Part shown: piece by piece, positions 38,575 to 51,903 of the stretch
How positions within the stretch are numbered: position 1 is the first letter of the stretch
Layout of the letters: the number at the start of each line of letters is the position of its first letter
Assembly (NCBI GenBank): GCA_029531755.1
Contig: CM055964.1
Span: 35,970,802 to 36,034,801 of the forward strand
Direction of reading: 5' to 3'
DNA length: 64,000 bases
Origin: Holothuria leucospilota
Taxonomy: Eukaryota
Translations under genes and position numbers: made by a program
The notes under the pieces: model-generated
The model's input: only the letters and a program-made list of their open reading frames with translations
What the model was told of the DNA's origin: nothing
Databases searched by the model: none

Positions 38575-39075
38575 AGTACATCAGTGGCGTAGGAACCGGG
38601 GGGGCAGGGGGGCCATGGCCCCCCAATGTGTTTTGACGGGGGGGGGCCAAATGTCATTTTGGTCCCCCAAAATAGCGACAGTTTACAGTTTCGTTTTACC
38701 CGTTTTTTGCTCTCATGAGAACAGTTTCTCTAATAAGAACCCCAAAATTTTCGGCGCGCTACGCGCGCTATAGAGCGACCCTGGTTTCTCTAATAGTTCC
38801 ATTCTACATAACTAAATAGCGCAAGTCCCTTCCACCTTTCCAAGTAACATGTAGAGAAGTAGTTTATGTAGAGAAAGTAGTTTATGTAGAGGTCGTAAAA
38901 TAAATATCTCAAAGCTTAGTTACTATTCTCTTGTGTGTGTCATGCGGTACATTCAGATGGTGAGGGACTCACGGAGCAATGTTTGGCTACCGGTATTTCA
39001 TCGGGTAGTCGGGATGGTTTCGATACAGTGTATATTATCTCCCATATGGTCTACAACCTGTCAACCCCTATAGAT
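38575..39075 (-). mobile_element. R1 family copy C (inverse orientation). It starts with the TIR cagtggcgtaggaaccgggggggcaggggggccatggcccccc
   Basis: ccccaaaattttcggcgcgctacgcgcgctatagagcga...ttctcttgtgtgtgtcatgcggtac..ggactcacggagcaatgtttggctac...tctacaacc is the reverse complement of copy A/B blocks. Confidence 0.6.
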
Positions 39076-39226
39076 TTTCTTTCTTCTTTTTATTCTTAAT
39101 GATTACATATGTTTTTTGTGAAAACCAACCAAAAATTTCGAGCGCTTTGCAATTTTTCACTTTATATTCCGGGAAAAACATTTAAAGAACGCGGAACTAT
39201 GCTTTCCTAGTTTACACAAATTTTAT

Positions 39227-39241
39227 GCAATATATACTATA

Positions 39242-39302
<61 letters not shown>
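39227..39302. repeat. (TA)n microsatellite, about 30 repeats, inside an R-family element
   Basis: atatactatatactatatatatatatatatatatatatatatatatatatatatatatatatatatatatatatg. Confidence 0.9.
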
Positions 39303-39306
<4 letters not shown>

Positions 39307-40361
39307 CTGAATGACATGGTCTTAGTACACAGGTTTTCAATACCCGACGGTAATGGGCTGTCGGAGCTTCTGGTCGCTGTCCCCCCCCCCCCTTTCGAGC
39401 AAATCCTGGCGCCACCTCTACTCCACTTGATAATAGACTCTGGCTGTGGAAAATCTCTATTCCAATTAATCCACTGAAATTCATGGGAATAACTCCACTC
39501 TGAATATTTTTGAATAAATTCGGGTAGATTGTGACAAACGTAATGCGTTTTAGAATAAATTCAAATCAACCTTCACAAATTTTCTACAAAAATTGCATAT
39601 CTTGATGGCTGCTATTAAGGCCGACAAGTGCCATTTCCGGCGATCTGGGCTGTATTAAAATCTCAAATTTTCTTGGTACGCTCCGCGCCAACCTATGGTG
39701 GCGCTCCGCTTAGATAGTAAACGAGAACCAACGCCAACAAAACTCCCCAGCCCTCCAGAGCCACCAAAAAATATCTTAGCTACACCACTGCTAATGTGTT
39801 GTTGTTGTTGCTGTTGTTTCCTTTTTCTTTAAATATACTACTTTGAGCAAATATTAAGTTGGAGTGTGGAACGGGTCGGGGTTCAAGGTCGAAAAAACGC
39901 ATCTTGTCTGCCCCCCCATATCAAACATCTTCCTACGCCGCTGTACATATGTGTTTAGTGATGAAACGATTATTGTACTACCTACAGATAGGCCTTCTTG
40001 ATGCAATTTAAATGAATTTGGACTTTCAAAACCATCTTTCATGGATTTTTATGCCAATGTCATGTGCATATATCGGATTCTCAGTGTTTAACATATGACA
40101 AAAATAAAACAGCAGATGCTATGTGTCAAGTTCTATGTCTCCCCTACACAAATTGCTTAACGGAATAAAATGTGTCTGAGTTGTCTCTCTTTAGGGAGTT
40201 AAAAAATTTCTTAATCATGAAAGGTAGAATAGTCTTATGCAAGTGACATTTCTGGTAAATTTACTGGCATTGATACTTTGTCCAAAAATCTCTCAGTGGG
40301 CTAGACGCTAATCAATATGGGATCCTTTAATCTAATTTGTAAGCATGATGTGGAAGGTTGA

Positions 40362-42050
40362 AACTTTAAAGCACGTTGTTGCCGTTATATATTTTTCAAA
40401 AACTTTTACCGAGCGCTTAGCGCGTCGAATTATCGGTGTAGCTGGTGATTGCCAATATCCTTACAAAGAAAAAGCTGAAACGCGCTTGTTAGTCCTTCAC
40501 ATCTTTTGCTACACATATCAGGGAGGTTTAACATCACCTTACTGCACCTATTCTCTCCCTCTTGCCGATTCTCCATTGCTGGAAGCTGTTCGTCTGGATT
40601 TTCGTTCAAAATTAGTAAAAATATGATAGATGTAAAGTGCTTGGCGTCATAATCTTACCATTTGGATGTCAGGTAATAAGCGTTACGCCATTGCCTCATT
40701 TTATATAATTGATCTAGAGCTTCCAGGAGGCCCTATACAGGCATTTGCCAGCCTTAGATGCCCTTTTATAGTGCACAATGAAGGAAGGGAAAATTTTCAT
40801 AATAGTCCAAGAAAGTTTCTGACTCAACGCAGGTATTTTTGCGGAAAAACTTTGCCAGAATAGAAGCAGTAAAGTAGCCAAAAGGGGGCTTCAGGAAGAT
40901 TTCTGAAAACGTGTTCTTCTCTTAGACAACATACTCCCTTCTTTCACCTTACCAAAACTTTAAGAGTTCACTAAATTATGGACATTTTCCACCCATATAC
41001 GATCAGCTCCGAAAATGAATCAAAGTTTTACCATTTTGCATCTAATCAACATTAAATTTACAAAAATTTCTCAAAGGGGAGCCCCTTAGACCCTCCCCCA
41101 GGGAGACACCTTCATGTAGTGATAAAGGAAGGATTCCTACTGCTGTGTACAAACGCAGGGTGCATAAAAAGGTGCAATTTTAGCGTCGCCACTGCAGTTA
41201 GTAAAAGCATCCAGCCAGGCGGAAAATTAGAATTCACTAAATTATGGAAATTTTCCAGCCATATACGATCAGCTCCAGAAATATCCCAAAGATAGCACCA
41301 TTTTGCACCTAAGCAACCTTAAGTTAACAAAATTTCTCAAAGGGGAGGCGGACACCCACTCTCCTTAGACCCCTCTCCCAGGACGGCACCGTTAGGTAGT
41401 GACAAAGGAAGGATCACCACAGCTGTATACAAAACGCAGAGCGCATAACAAAGTGCAATTTATACGCCGCCGCTCTGTTGGAAAACATCCAACCAGTCAA
41501 AACTGGGGGCCTTCACACCCAAAAACATATGACCCTAGCTACAGGCGTGTTGGGGTCCATGATCTCTGAAAATGATCCACGCTGCGGAGCGTGGTTTCAG
41601 CTATTCTGGGACATGATTAAAGTAACATCTTGAAGTAGTTCTGTGGACTTCGTGTATTTCAACTGGCAGATCATCTATGATGGTCATGTTAACTTTGGAA
41701 TCGTTGGCGTAGCCAGAGTGGGGGGGGGGGGGACGGGGGCCATGCCCCCAATCGAAATCTGAAAAAAAAAATTGGCTTCAAGTGATGCTAAATGCTAAAT
41801 GTTGCACCAGATTGCATCTGAGGGTACTTAAATATTCAGAAATTTCTCAAAGGGACCCTTCCCATAGACCCCTCCCCAGGCAGGCGATCAGGCCCCGCCG
41901 TTGGCCCCCTCCAAAGAAGAATCCTGGCTCCGCCAGTGTTTGGAACTCTTATTAGAATAGGACAACGTCAGTCATCACAAGAGGGGACACAGGGAAGGGC
42001 ATAATCAAAAACAAAGGGCTTGATAGTTTGTGCTAAGTCATTTGTGTCCC
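40362..42050 (+). other. Block X of a large inverted segmental duplication (partner 49885-51907). It includes a 285-bp tandem duplication (40930-41215 / 41215-41500)
   Basis: 40362-40900 is the reverse complement of 51420-51907. 41215-41703 is the reverse complement of 50976-51420. 41705-42050 is the reverse complement of 49885-50268. About 85-90% identity by eye. Confidence 0.7.
41705..41936 (+). mobile_element. hAT-like MITE copy X (same family, TIR GGCG(T/G)AGCCAG)
   Basis: 5' end cgttggcgtagccagagtgggggggg. 3' end gaatcctggctccgccagtg. Flanks are tttggaat and tttggaac (7/8). The internal region carries the family motif attgcatctgagggta...tttctcaaaggg...agacccctcccc..ggcgatc. Confidence 0.65.
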
Positions 42051-43214
42051 CCCACCCTTTGATACGGATTGACGCCCCTGCCTTAGACCCCTCCTCAGGA
42101 CGACGATCCGAAACAACGTTCATCCCCCAGTCTGGAAAAGCTTCCTACACCTATGATGTATACAGTAATGGTGTATTAACTTTACATAATGAACTGTTTG
42201 TCTTGAGCAGTCTAAAATTAGGAATGGCAAACACCTGCCTCGTATTCTCTGTCTCTCGAGTACTCCTGTTCCCGTGTGCCCTATACCAAGCCACAGGTTT
42301 CATCAGCCCCCTCCTGCTCGCGAGACACACGTACCTCAGGTTCGACGGAGGCAGGCCCGTAGCCAGACAAGGTACTGGAGGGGGGGCCAGAATTTTTCCA
42401 GGGGGCGATTTTTTTTCAGGGGGGCCAAATGTGAACAAATGTATTAAATCATAGTAAGATTCAAACTCTCTGGGGGGGGGGGGGCTGGACGGAGGCTAAA
42501 AATTACTCTGTAAAAGACTTACTAAAACGGGTTATGACTAATTTCATCATGTGTAAGCTAAGCTTCAAGTTTAACGTTAATTCACTAATGAGAGGGGGGA
42601 AAAGTGTAGCTTGGACCACTTAAAAGATTTAAAAAGAAAGAAAATTTAAAAACACCAGTAAATTGCCTGTGATGAGCTAATACTGTCCATAGAATAAGTT
42701 GGCAGGAATATGCACAGGGCGTCCCTAGGGGTGTGTGGGGGTGACACCCCCAGTCATCCACGCAGTCGACAAAATCCTGCACTCAGTCGGCAAAATGAAG
42801 GAAAGAAGGAAGTGCAAACGAAGGAAAATTAGAGGGAAGAAGAAAGAGAAAAAAGCGGAAAAGGGGGAAAGAGAATTAGAGGAAGAGAAAAAGACCGAGG
42901 GGACAGAGAAAAGAACAAGGGAGGGAGGGTCAAAGCAGGGCAAGAGAAAGGGGATGGAGAATACAGGAGATTGGAATACATTTGTAGACAATGTTTATCA
43001 CAATATTTCCAAAGCCCGTAAGCAACACTTTTTGAAACTTAAAAAATATTCTGTCTGCAAAAAAGCTACATAGGGCTTTTCAGCATTATCGTATACTGAA
43101 GGAGTTCATCGTTCATGTGGTATTCTGGCATGAGTCGGTAAATTCTGCATCAGTCGGCAAAATGAAGGAAACATGAGGAAAACAAAGAGAAAAAGAAGTG
43201 GAAGAAAGAGGACA

Positions 43215-43553
43215 ATTTCTGTAATCAGAACCCAAAATTTTCGACGCTCTACGCGCGCTGTAACGTCACTCCCAATTTTTTCAGTAGTTCCATTCCACAC
43301 AGCTATATAGCATAAGTCCTGTCAACCTTACTAAGTAACATGTAGGCAGCTGGGGTACACAGTTTATGTAGAGGTCGTAAATTTCATCCCATATCGCAAA
43401 GCCTGGTTGCTGTTCTCTAGTGTGTGTCATGCGGTACGGTCAGTTGGTGAGCGACACACGGAGCAACGTTTGGCTATTTCATCGGGTAGTCCAGGTGGTT
43501 TCGACACAATGTATGTTGTCCCCGATATACAGTCTACAACCCCTACAGTTTTA
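43215..43553 (-). mobile_element. R1 family copy D (inverse orientation, 3'-truncated)
   Basis: acccaaaattttcgacgctctacgcgcgctgtaacg...gtgtgtgtcatgcggtacggtcagttggtgagcgacacacggagcaacgtttggcta...cagtctacaacccctacag. Confidence 0.55.
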
Positions 43554-46500
43554 TGTTTTTTTTTTTTTTGTTCTTAATGATTACATGTTTTTTGTGTCAG
43601 CCTACCAAAAAAATTCCCGCCCTTTGCAATTTCACGATTCAGACTCGAAAGAACACTATCAGTGCGCAACTCGGCTCTTGACATATTAAATGATTAAATG
43701 ATATAATGCAAATTATACTCTGCAATCAATGGCATGGGATAGATAGGCTCCTTCATATCCCTTTCTCACCCCCTCGACATGCTGTCGGATCTTGGAGTCG
43801 CTGGCATGGCCCCCTGTCGGGAAAATTATGTCGCCAACCATGGTCGGTTTACTTCTTTTAGCTTTCGAAAGGGTCATTTCTGCGATAAAACTAAAAATTT
43901 TCGGTGTTCTTTGCCCACTCTTCCTCAGTTTCGTTACGAATAGCTAAATATAGAACAAACCCTTTCCATCTTTTCAAGTAACTTAATAAGTAGAATTCAT
44001 CTTTTCATGTAAATGCCGGGAATCTCATTTCGCTAAATAAGTTAACTGGTTAATGTTCTCTTTAGTCTGTCTTTCGGTATAAGGCTAGTGACTCGAGGAG
44101 GGAAGTACAATGTAAGTTGTGCCCGATAGGGCCCAACTGCCTGGACAATTGACCTATATAAGCTTTAAATAAGTGCAGATGCTTTTAAGTGGAAGCTTAC
44201 CCCCAAAATTTCGCGCACTTCGCGCGGTTTGCAATTTCACAGCTTAGATTTCGGAAAAAACGTAAAATCGGGCAGAACTATATTTTCCTCCAGTAAATAC
44301 AAAATTTTATGCAATATATGCCCCGCAATGGCATGGTATAGTACACAGGTTTTCTTCAAATCTCCCCCATACCAACCCATCGACGGCATCGGGGCTGTCT
44401 AGGTTTCGACTCGTTGACCCCCCCCCCCCCCGGCCCCCGTCGGGCAAATCCTGGCGCCACCCTTGCTGGACCACTACCAGTTGGACTAACGGTTCTCAGC
44501 TCAGTAACTGCATGGCTTATCCAATACTTTCAGTCGGCATTTGTTTCTTCTCAGTCTGCAAATACGGGCCCCCTCCCATGATAAATGCTCTAGCTACGCT
44601 CCTGAATATGCATACACTTTATAAAAAATTGTTTTTAAAAAATGTGATCTAATGGTCCAAATTACCCATACTATGTGTAATTTGGACCATCTTCATGTGT
44701 AATATGAACCACGTTGAACTTGTACGAGTTCAACATAGACCACTCCTCGTGTAATTTGAACCACACCGTACATACTACACTGCCGAAAGTGTGGTCCAAA
44801 TTACACATAACTAAGTGTCATTGCCGTGTTTTTACATATAGTATATAGTATGAAGCTATGGTTTTCAAATATCATGGTTAGGTTGAATAAGAAAGCTGCC
44901 GAAATAAGTGTTCAAACAACACCCTCTCAAAAAAGTTGTCAAAAATGAAGCAAAACTTAAATGTCCGAAATTAACATCAAAATGCATCATTGGGAATAAT
45001 CGAAAAAATAAGGTTACATGTTATATAAACATTTGGAGCCAAGATTAGGATGTTACCATATTGAGACTTTCATATGTTAAAGAGGAATACCGCCATCTGC
45101 AATGTAACTGCTCGAAATGATGGTGGTCCAAATTACCAACTTGAACTTGCAATGATAACTAACACGTTACTTAAGTACGGTAATTACATCAGGATTCAGA
45201 ACCGGGAATTCTGTTTTCCTATCGCAGGCCACTGTGATAGTCCTAAGTGCAAAGTGCACTGCTATCTTCGTACATAGGGTATCCATTGGGCCGTTGTCCC
45301 ATACGTGGGCACTTTTGGGTCCATGAGAAACAACCCGGTCAGGGACCAGCGAGCAAAACTCTAGGGTATGAACAAGATTCTAGCAGTTATTAAAATAAAA
45401 CATACAATAATCTGATAATGGATGCGTGAAACTAAAAAGACCACAAAACCACATCTTACCACTTGTGTACATAGCATCTTAGCACGGACTAGCGGCAGGT
45501 CGATTGGATGATGTCTGAAGTGATAATGGACAAGCAGCTACGAAATGCGCGCTTAGCGCATCGGCAAAATGCGTTGTTAAAGACACCTTGTTACGTTTTT
45601 CTTCACTTTTCATTAAAAGGTTATTTTTTTTTAAATTTTCAACCCTCCCCATGGGGTTTAGAGCTCCAGAATTCATCGAAACTAACATGAAAGTGCCCAC
45701 CGAATATATTTCTTAGGGAGTTCCATACTTCAGCTAGATGTGATAGCACACTCCTGTTCAATGACATGTAGCATATCTTTTACTCAAAACTAAACATTTA
45801 CCTCTAGCTGTGCCAACTGGTATTGCACCTGGTTTATGGGTAAAGATATACATAGTCTCCGGGTTCTTAAATCACGACCTGTGGGCAACATCCTGCCCGC
45901 CAGGCGATTCAGTCCGGCCCGTGAAGAAATTGAGATCTGAAACAAAAATTGACGGTCATGAAGCAACAGCAATTATCAACATTTTTTTAATATTGTGGTT
46001 AGTGGAGACAGAAGAATAAATTTGGTTATTTTTTTAAATGAAGTAAAATATTGCTTAACTGTATGAAAAATGTTGTTTTTCGGCGCGCTTCGCGCGCACT
46101 TTTCATTGTCAATTATCTCATTATTTCTTAATATGAGAATATGAGGCAGCTTGGTTTCAAAATTTATACCAAAGCTAAATTCACCAGGGACGTGGCTAGG
46201 GTGTGTCTAACCCCATCCACCTTGGTAAACTTGACAACAGGAGAAAATTTTGGTACAAAAGTAAAGAATTTCGAAAGCTGCACTGGAAATTTTCAAGCAC
46301 AGACTGTCACAATGTTCCTTGTTGTGGGTTAAAGTTTTTCCCCATATTTTTTGTCCTAGTTAAGAAATACTTCTCTTAATTTTAGTATCCAGAAACAGAA
46401 CACAGCAAGAAAAGTGTCAGAGAGTTTCTCTGCTACATAGTCAATCTGTTTAGGTACTTTCTCTCTCAGTTCTCAATCAAGATTCTCCTCTCAAATCAAG

Positions 46501-49500
46501 AACTCCCATGTTTACCAAAGACATCCCTTTTCAACCTGTACTGTTGCTACCCAGCCCATCCTTTAGTTTGTTTGTCTAGTTGTCTGCATCATGATTTAAT
46601 TATAGGATCAATACAAAACAATACAGGGGGTCATGTCAGATTGAGTCACCTCTTATTCTAGATCTCCCCCCCCCCCCACTTGAATTCGCTGAAAACAATG
46701 GGTCACTCCGTGAACATTTGACTTCCCTACCAGGTAGTTTCTATGGGCAGAGGGAGAGACTTGACCATTCTCTGACCCCAGCTCTCACCAAAAGTTAGTT
46801 GCTATGGACGCATGAAGCAACTTGTTTCTCTGAGTAAATACGGTAGCCTTTAAAAGCCATCCATTCATTACACTGGTCTCCCTCTAATTCCTGTAACAGA
46901 AAAAGAGGATTTTAGGGTCAGTGAAATGAAAATTCCGACAGGAGAAATCATGAAAAAATAGACCATCAAGCACGATTGCATGTAGTCTTTTATTAGTATT
47001 GTAGGGTCGTTTTTGCCCAACACGAACCTCACTTCATGACATGGGTGACTGGGGCATAGCTGATGTAGGCCCACAATTTCTCTGAAACGGTGACGCCGAA
47101 CTGCTTCTAGTTGTTGACTATGTTTGCATGAGAAGAAATTGATTAATAGGCTAATTGTAAAATCAGAGTGGATGGGATAATGGGAGATAGGTGGGCTCAT
47201 TTCTTTTCAAATTTCTACCCTCTTTTCCACTGATAGGTCCATCTGAAAGAAAAATTAGTCGCAAAACTAGGTTCATGCACTCTCCGATACAGTCCAGGGT
47301 TTAACAAAACTCTCCCCATATGTGAGAAGACCGTTTCGTATATATTGCTAATGAAAATGCTGAAAACATCCGTCACTGCCCCGACTGCCTGATTGTGATC
47401 GTAAGGCCCTAAGAACCATGGCAGGAATACTGCATGTACAAGGGCTCCAAACACACCCGCAGATGCAGCTCCGGTGCTTTTATGTGAGGGCTTCTTTCTC
47501 ACAAGTAACCCCACACCTGTAAACCCCCTCTCTTTTGCCCATGGGACTGAGGAGAAATACGTTAATGAAGAGGTCAGGGGTGGGTGTAGAATTTACAAAA
47601 AAGTTACACTTGTACCGATTACACATCAGTTTTGGAATAAAAATGGAAGAGCAAAAGGTACGGTTTTTGACCATACCTCATCAAACTGAACGAATGGATT
47701 ATCCGTGACGGTATATGCTGCAGACGTTGCAGTTTTCTGGTTTCAGAAACCACCTTATTGGTATTTCACCTCCAATTCCTCATCATCGGCCCTGTACTCC
47801 CTCAATCATCATCAATCCTCCGTATATACCCACTCCTAAGTCCACTGTATAGTCAAATCAATGGGCGGATTCGACCACTGCTCCATGGCAAAACATAGCT
47901 AGGCCAGATCAGTGGAAGTTGGGTAGGGTAAAACCATGGCAAAAAGTTTTCTCTCATTTGTATTTTATTATTTGAAGTGTTGCATTTCTAAATCATGAGA
48001 TCTCAAAATAAAGAATCATATTTTTAGATGAAAATTACAAGGGTCGGTAAATGCTATTTCCGATAATCTCGGATATTTTTAGCAAAATTGTTCTTGGTAT
48101 TCTACGTGCCAACTAATGGTGACGCTCCGGTCAGAAAGTTTCATGTGCTCGCCCCTGCATGCTCTTTTCAAAGCGGATGTTCATTACTGTATCGTGTCAT
48201 ACGTTTATTACCTGCTCTGAATGTCCCAGGGTTTTCGCTATTACAAAATTAATGGTCAAATTATGATACTTGTGATCATCCGTATAGTGTGCTTCAACTG
48301 GAACATATAGAGACTATTATTTGCTTCAATCTGATGTTAAAGTTTGTTAATACCTGCAGGAACTTCTGGAGCTTTGTTCTACGGAGGCGTTGCCATGGAC
48401 CCCCACCCCGGAGCCTTTCAATGGCTTCTAGGCACACTGACACAACGCTCTCGTATGGAAAACTTTGAGTTTCCGTTGGGCAACGACCGTTTAATCATTT
48501 CAAAATGAAATTCCTAGAACAAAGTACGATTATTTGAGTATGTTCCCACTTGAGTACGAACAAGAAATCGGATCACTGAGATCAGGATCTGACCTCTGAC
48601 AGGGGATCAATTTGCTAGTGGGAACGACCGCGTTATCCAGATCAGATCTTGAGAGCTTATTCGCCTCTTCGGGAAGGATCAGACCTCGAAATACTCCATC
48701 AAAAACAAACACAGCACAAATGGGAAGAGAAGGGCCAATCAAGATGACCCTAGATCAAAGATCACGTATAACACAAAGGTAAAAAACATAACCGACAGAA
48801 GTCCATTCAATGATGCATGGCCGTACAGGACGGTTTTTCTCAGGGAGGGCGGTGATTTTTGCCACACTCCAGACCTAATTTACCTGTCCAATTTCCCTCC
48901 CGACTGAAACAAAATAGCTGCCCGATTTTGTCAGATCAGGTTCTGACATTTGGGGGGCGGCCGCCGCCAGCACCCCCGGCCATGTCAATGACGCAATTTC
49001 ATGCAGCTTCACCGGAGGAGGCGATCAGATCCCGGGCAAGAGTTCAAATGGGAACACACTTGCAGTTAGCCAGGACATTAAGGTTCCATCTGACTGGACA
49101 TGAGGATATCGTCATCTTTGGATCAAGTGGGAAGACATTCTTTTTGCTAGTCGCCCTATAACCAAATTTGTTAGGGTTTAGGAGGCTGGCCAAAGGATAA
49201 CGCAGACTAAGTTTATCTGTTCTTCACCTCAACTTGTTGAACGCAGGTGCGTAGAACTTGCAGTTGCTTTGATAAAACGTCAGGGGCGAGGGATCGAAGC
49301 GACCGAACCGAGGACGCTTGCGCGCGAGGGGGGGGGGGGGGTGTGGGAGGGGGTGTTCCCCCTCCTACGGTGAGAAGCTTCTGTGTTTTTTAATGTGAAA
49401 ATATGTGATTTGGTGCATACTTTATATGGTATTTTGTATACAAAAGGACTCAGACATATTATTATGTATTTTATGAAATATTTTGTAGGAATAACCATGT

Positions 49501-50034
49501 AGAAATCAAATACACGCATATTGCTGGCAAATAATTTATCATTCTACAAGTATGCAGAATCACATAACAGCTTCAAAAAGGTGTAAGGTGTTGCTTTTGT
49601 ACATAGGCCTACCACCAGATACCATGTGTTCCTGATATGGTAGGCCTACAATTTGTCCCCTTACGGTATCGATAGAGTTGGCAAGTATGCTGCCAGCCCA
49701 TGGGTTGGCGCGGAACGCGATAAAATTTTGGTCCGAAATGCCTCCCAGATCGCTGGAAATGGCACTTCCCAGGCCTATTTACTGCATAAAAACAGGGGAA
49801 AGACTAGTCATATTGTAAAAAAAAGACATAAAAAATGCCAAAATTTTGCTCAAAGGGGGCGGCTTCCCCCTTCGGACCCCACGGCTACGCGCCTGCACAT
49901 GACTTAGCACAAACTATCGAGCCTTTTTTGAAAAGGGCGTGTCTTTCTATAGGCCCTTCCCTGCTCTTTGTGATGACTGACGTTGTCCTATTGTAATAAG
50001 AGTTAGGATTCCAAACACTGGCATAGCCAGGATT

Positions 50035-50268
50035 CTTGTTTGGAGGGGGCCAACTGCCGGGCCTGATCGCCGGCCTGGGGGAGGGGTCTAAGAGGAGGAA
50101 GTATTCCCCTCCCCTTTGAGAAATTTTTGAATATTTAAGTACCCTCAGATGCAATCTGGTGCAACATTTAACATCATATGAAGCCAATTTTTGTGTTCCA
50201 TTAACAAATTTTTTCAGAGTCCGATTGAGGGGGCATGACCCCCTGCCTCTCCTCTGCCTACGCCAATG
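50035..50268 (-). mobile_element. hAT-like MITE copy Y (paralogue of 41705-41936 within the inverted segmental duplication)
   Basis: cactggcatagccaggattc ... ctacgccaatg. Flanking 8-mers are attccaaa and attccaaa (8/8). Flanks are homologous, as reverse complement, to those of copy X, so this is the same insertion event duplicated. Confidence 0.65.
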
Positions 50269-50281
50269 ATTCCAAAGTTAA

Positions 50282-50971
50282 AGGAGCTGAGTAGTGGCGT
50301 ACTTCCAAAATAAATACATCATACGAAACGAGATGATTACCCTCTGTGCGGGGCTAATTTTAAAAATATTTATCCTAATGCGTTTTATATTCTCATTTAA
50401 AATAATCTTGCAAAGTAATTTTGCTATAACGTTCCTATACTATTTCTTGGGCTATTTGATTTTACACCTGCAAGATATTTTACAATTTGTTTTTTTGAAT
50501 TTCAGGTTCGTGACTTTTTCTCCTGGCACCGGCAATTTTGAATCGTTTCCACTCCTATCGGTTCTGATCGATGCATCTACCCAGGCATGTAGCACACACG
50601 ACTTACAACGTACGTACGCATGTAGTATATTAGCGTTACTAGTGGCAAGGCAGACGCCCATTTCGCGCGTCATCTGCTGGAGGTTCATGAACAACATTGT
50701 GGATTTTGCAGGTATTGAAACTGTTTTTTTTTCGATCAATGAGTTTGTTTTTCGTGGTAGACCTAGGCCCTAACGCTAGCCTAAGTTAGGCTAACGTTAG
50801 TACTGTTAACGACAGTAACAAGTGTACTGTTACACCAAACACACTGCATGCATGGCTTTGATAAGTATCGGTATCAGATCGAATGGATAAACCAAGAAGT
50901 ATAACCGGATGTGACGTAACGAAGTCGGCGGGTCCGAGAATTTATTATACTTTGGCGGCTACTCAGCTCCT
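50282..50971. mobile_element. 690-bp non-autonomous TIR element. TIR: AGGAGCTGAGTAG(T/C)GGCG. Inserted at a TTAA (or TA). The empty site is preserved in the paralogous block at about 41690
   Basis: Filled site: gtgTTAA[aggagctgagtagtggcg...cgccaaagt..ctactcagctcct]TTAActttggaat (50278-50975). Paralogous empty site at 41684-41703: tggtcatgTTAActttggaat. The internal AT-rich ORF 50294..50773 has no recognisable homology. Confidence 0.75.
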
Positions 50972-51903
50972 TTAACACGACCATCATAGATGATCTGCTA
51001 GCTGAACTACACTGCGTCCAGGGAATTACTTCAAGATGTTACTTTAATCATGCCCCAAAATAGCTGAAACCACGCTCCGCAGCTTTTGTTCATTGTCAGA
51101 GATCATGTATCCCAACCACGCCCGTAGCTAGGTTTATATGTTTTGGAGTGCGAAGGCCCCCAATTCGGACTGCTGGATGTTTTTCGAACAGAGTGGAAAA
51201 AGTGTAAATTGCACTTTGTTATGCGCTCTGCGTTTTGTATACAGCTGTGGTGATCCTTCCCTTGTCGCTACATAAAGGTGTCGTCCTGGAGGAGGGGTCT
51301 AAGGGATTTTTTTTTTTTTTTTGAGAAATTTTCGTAAATTTAAGGTTGCATAGATGCAAAATGGTACTATCTTTGGTTTATTTTTGGAGCTGATCGAATA
51401 CGTTTTCAACAACCTTAATGAAGCCCCCTTGGCTACTTTTTTGGCAGTTTTCCGCAAGAATACCTGCGTTAAGTCAACAGAAACGTTCTTGGACTATTAT
51501 GAAAAATTTTTCTTTCCTTCAATGTGCATTATAAAAGGGCATCTAAGGCTGGCAAATGCCTGTATAGGACCTCCTGGAAGCTCTGGATCAATTATATAAA
51601 TGGGGCAATGGCCTAATGCTTAAATTGTAATATAGATTATGACGCTAAGCACTTTACATCTATCGTATTTTTACCAATTTTGAACGAAAATCCAGACGAA
51701 CATCTTCAAGCAATGGAGAATCGGCAGGAGGGAGAGAATAGGCGCCGTAAGGTGATGTTAAACCTCCCTGATAGGTGTAGCAAAAGGTGTGAAGGGCTAA
51801 CAAGCGCGTTTCAGCTTTTACTTCGTAAGTGTATTAGCAATTACCATCTATACCGATAATGGCTTCGCGCGAAGCGCTCGGTAAAAGTTTTTAAAAATGT
51901 ATA

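Noticed and set aside
42735-43073. 112-aa Lys/Glu-rich ORF (KKEKKAEKGERELEEEKK...)
   Set aside because: It is a translation of a purine-rich low-complexity stretch (aagaaggaagtgcaaacgaaggaaaattagagggaagaagaaagagaaaaaagc). It overlaps an antisense Phe/Ser-rich ORF, which is typical of simple sequence.
50294-50773. 159-aa AT-rich ORF
   Set aside because: It lies wholly inside the 690-bp TIR element. It is hydrophobic and low-complexity, with no recognisable domain.
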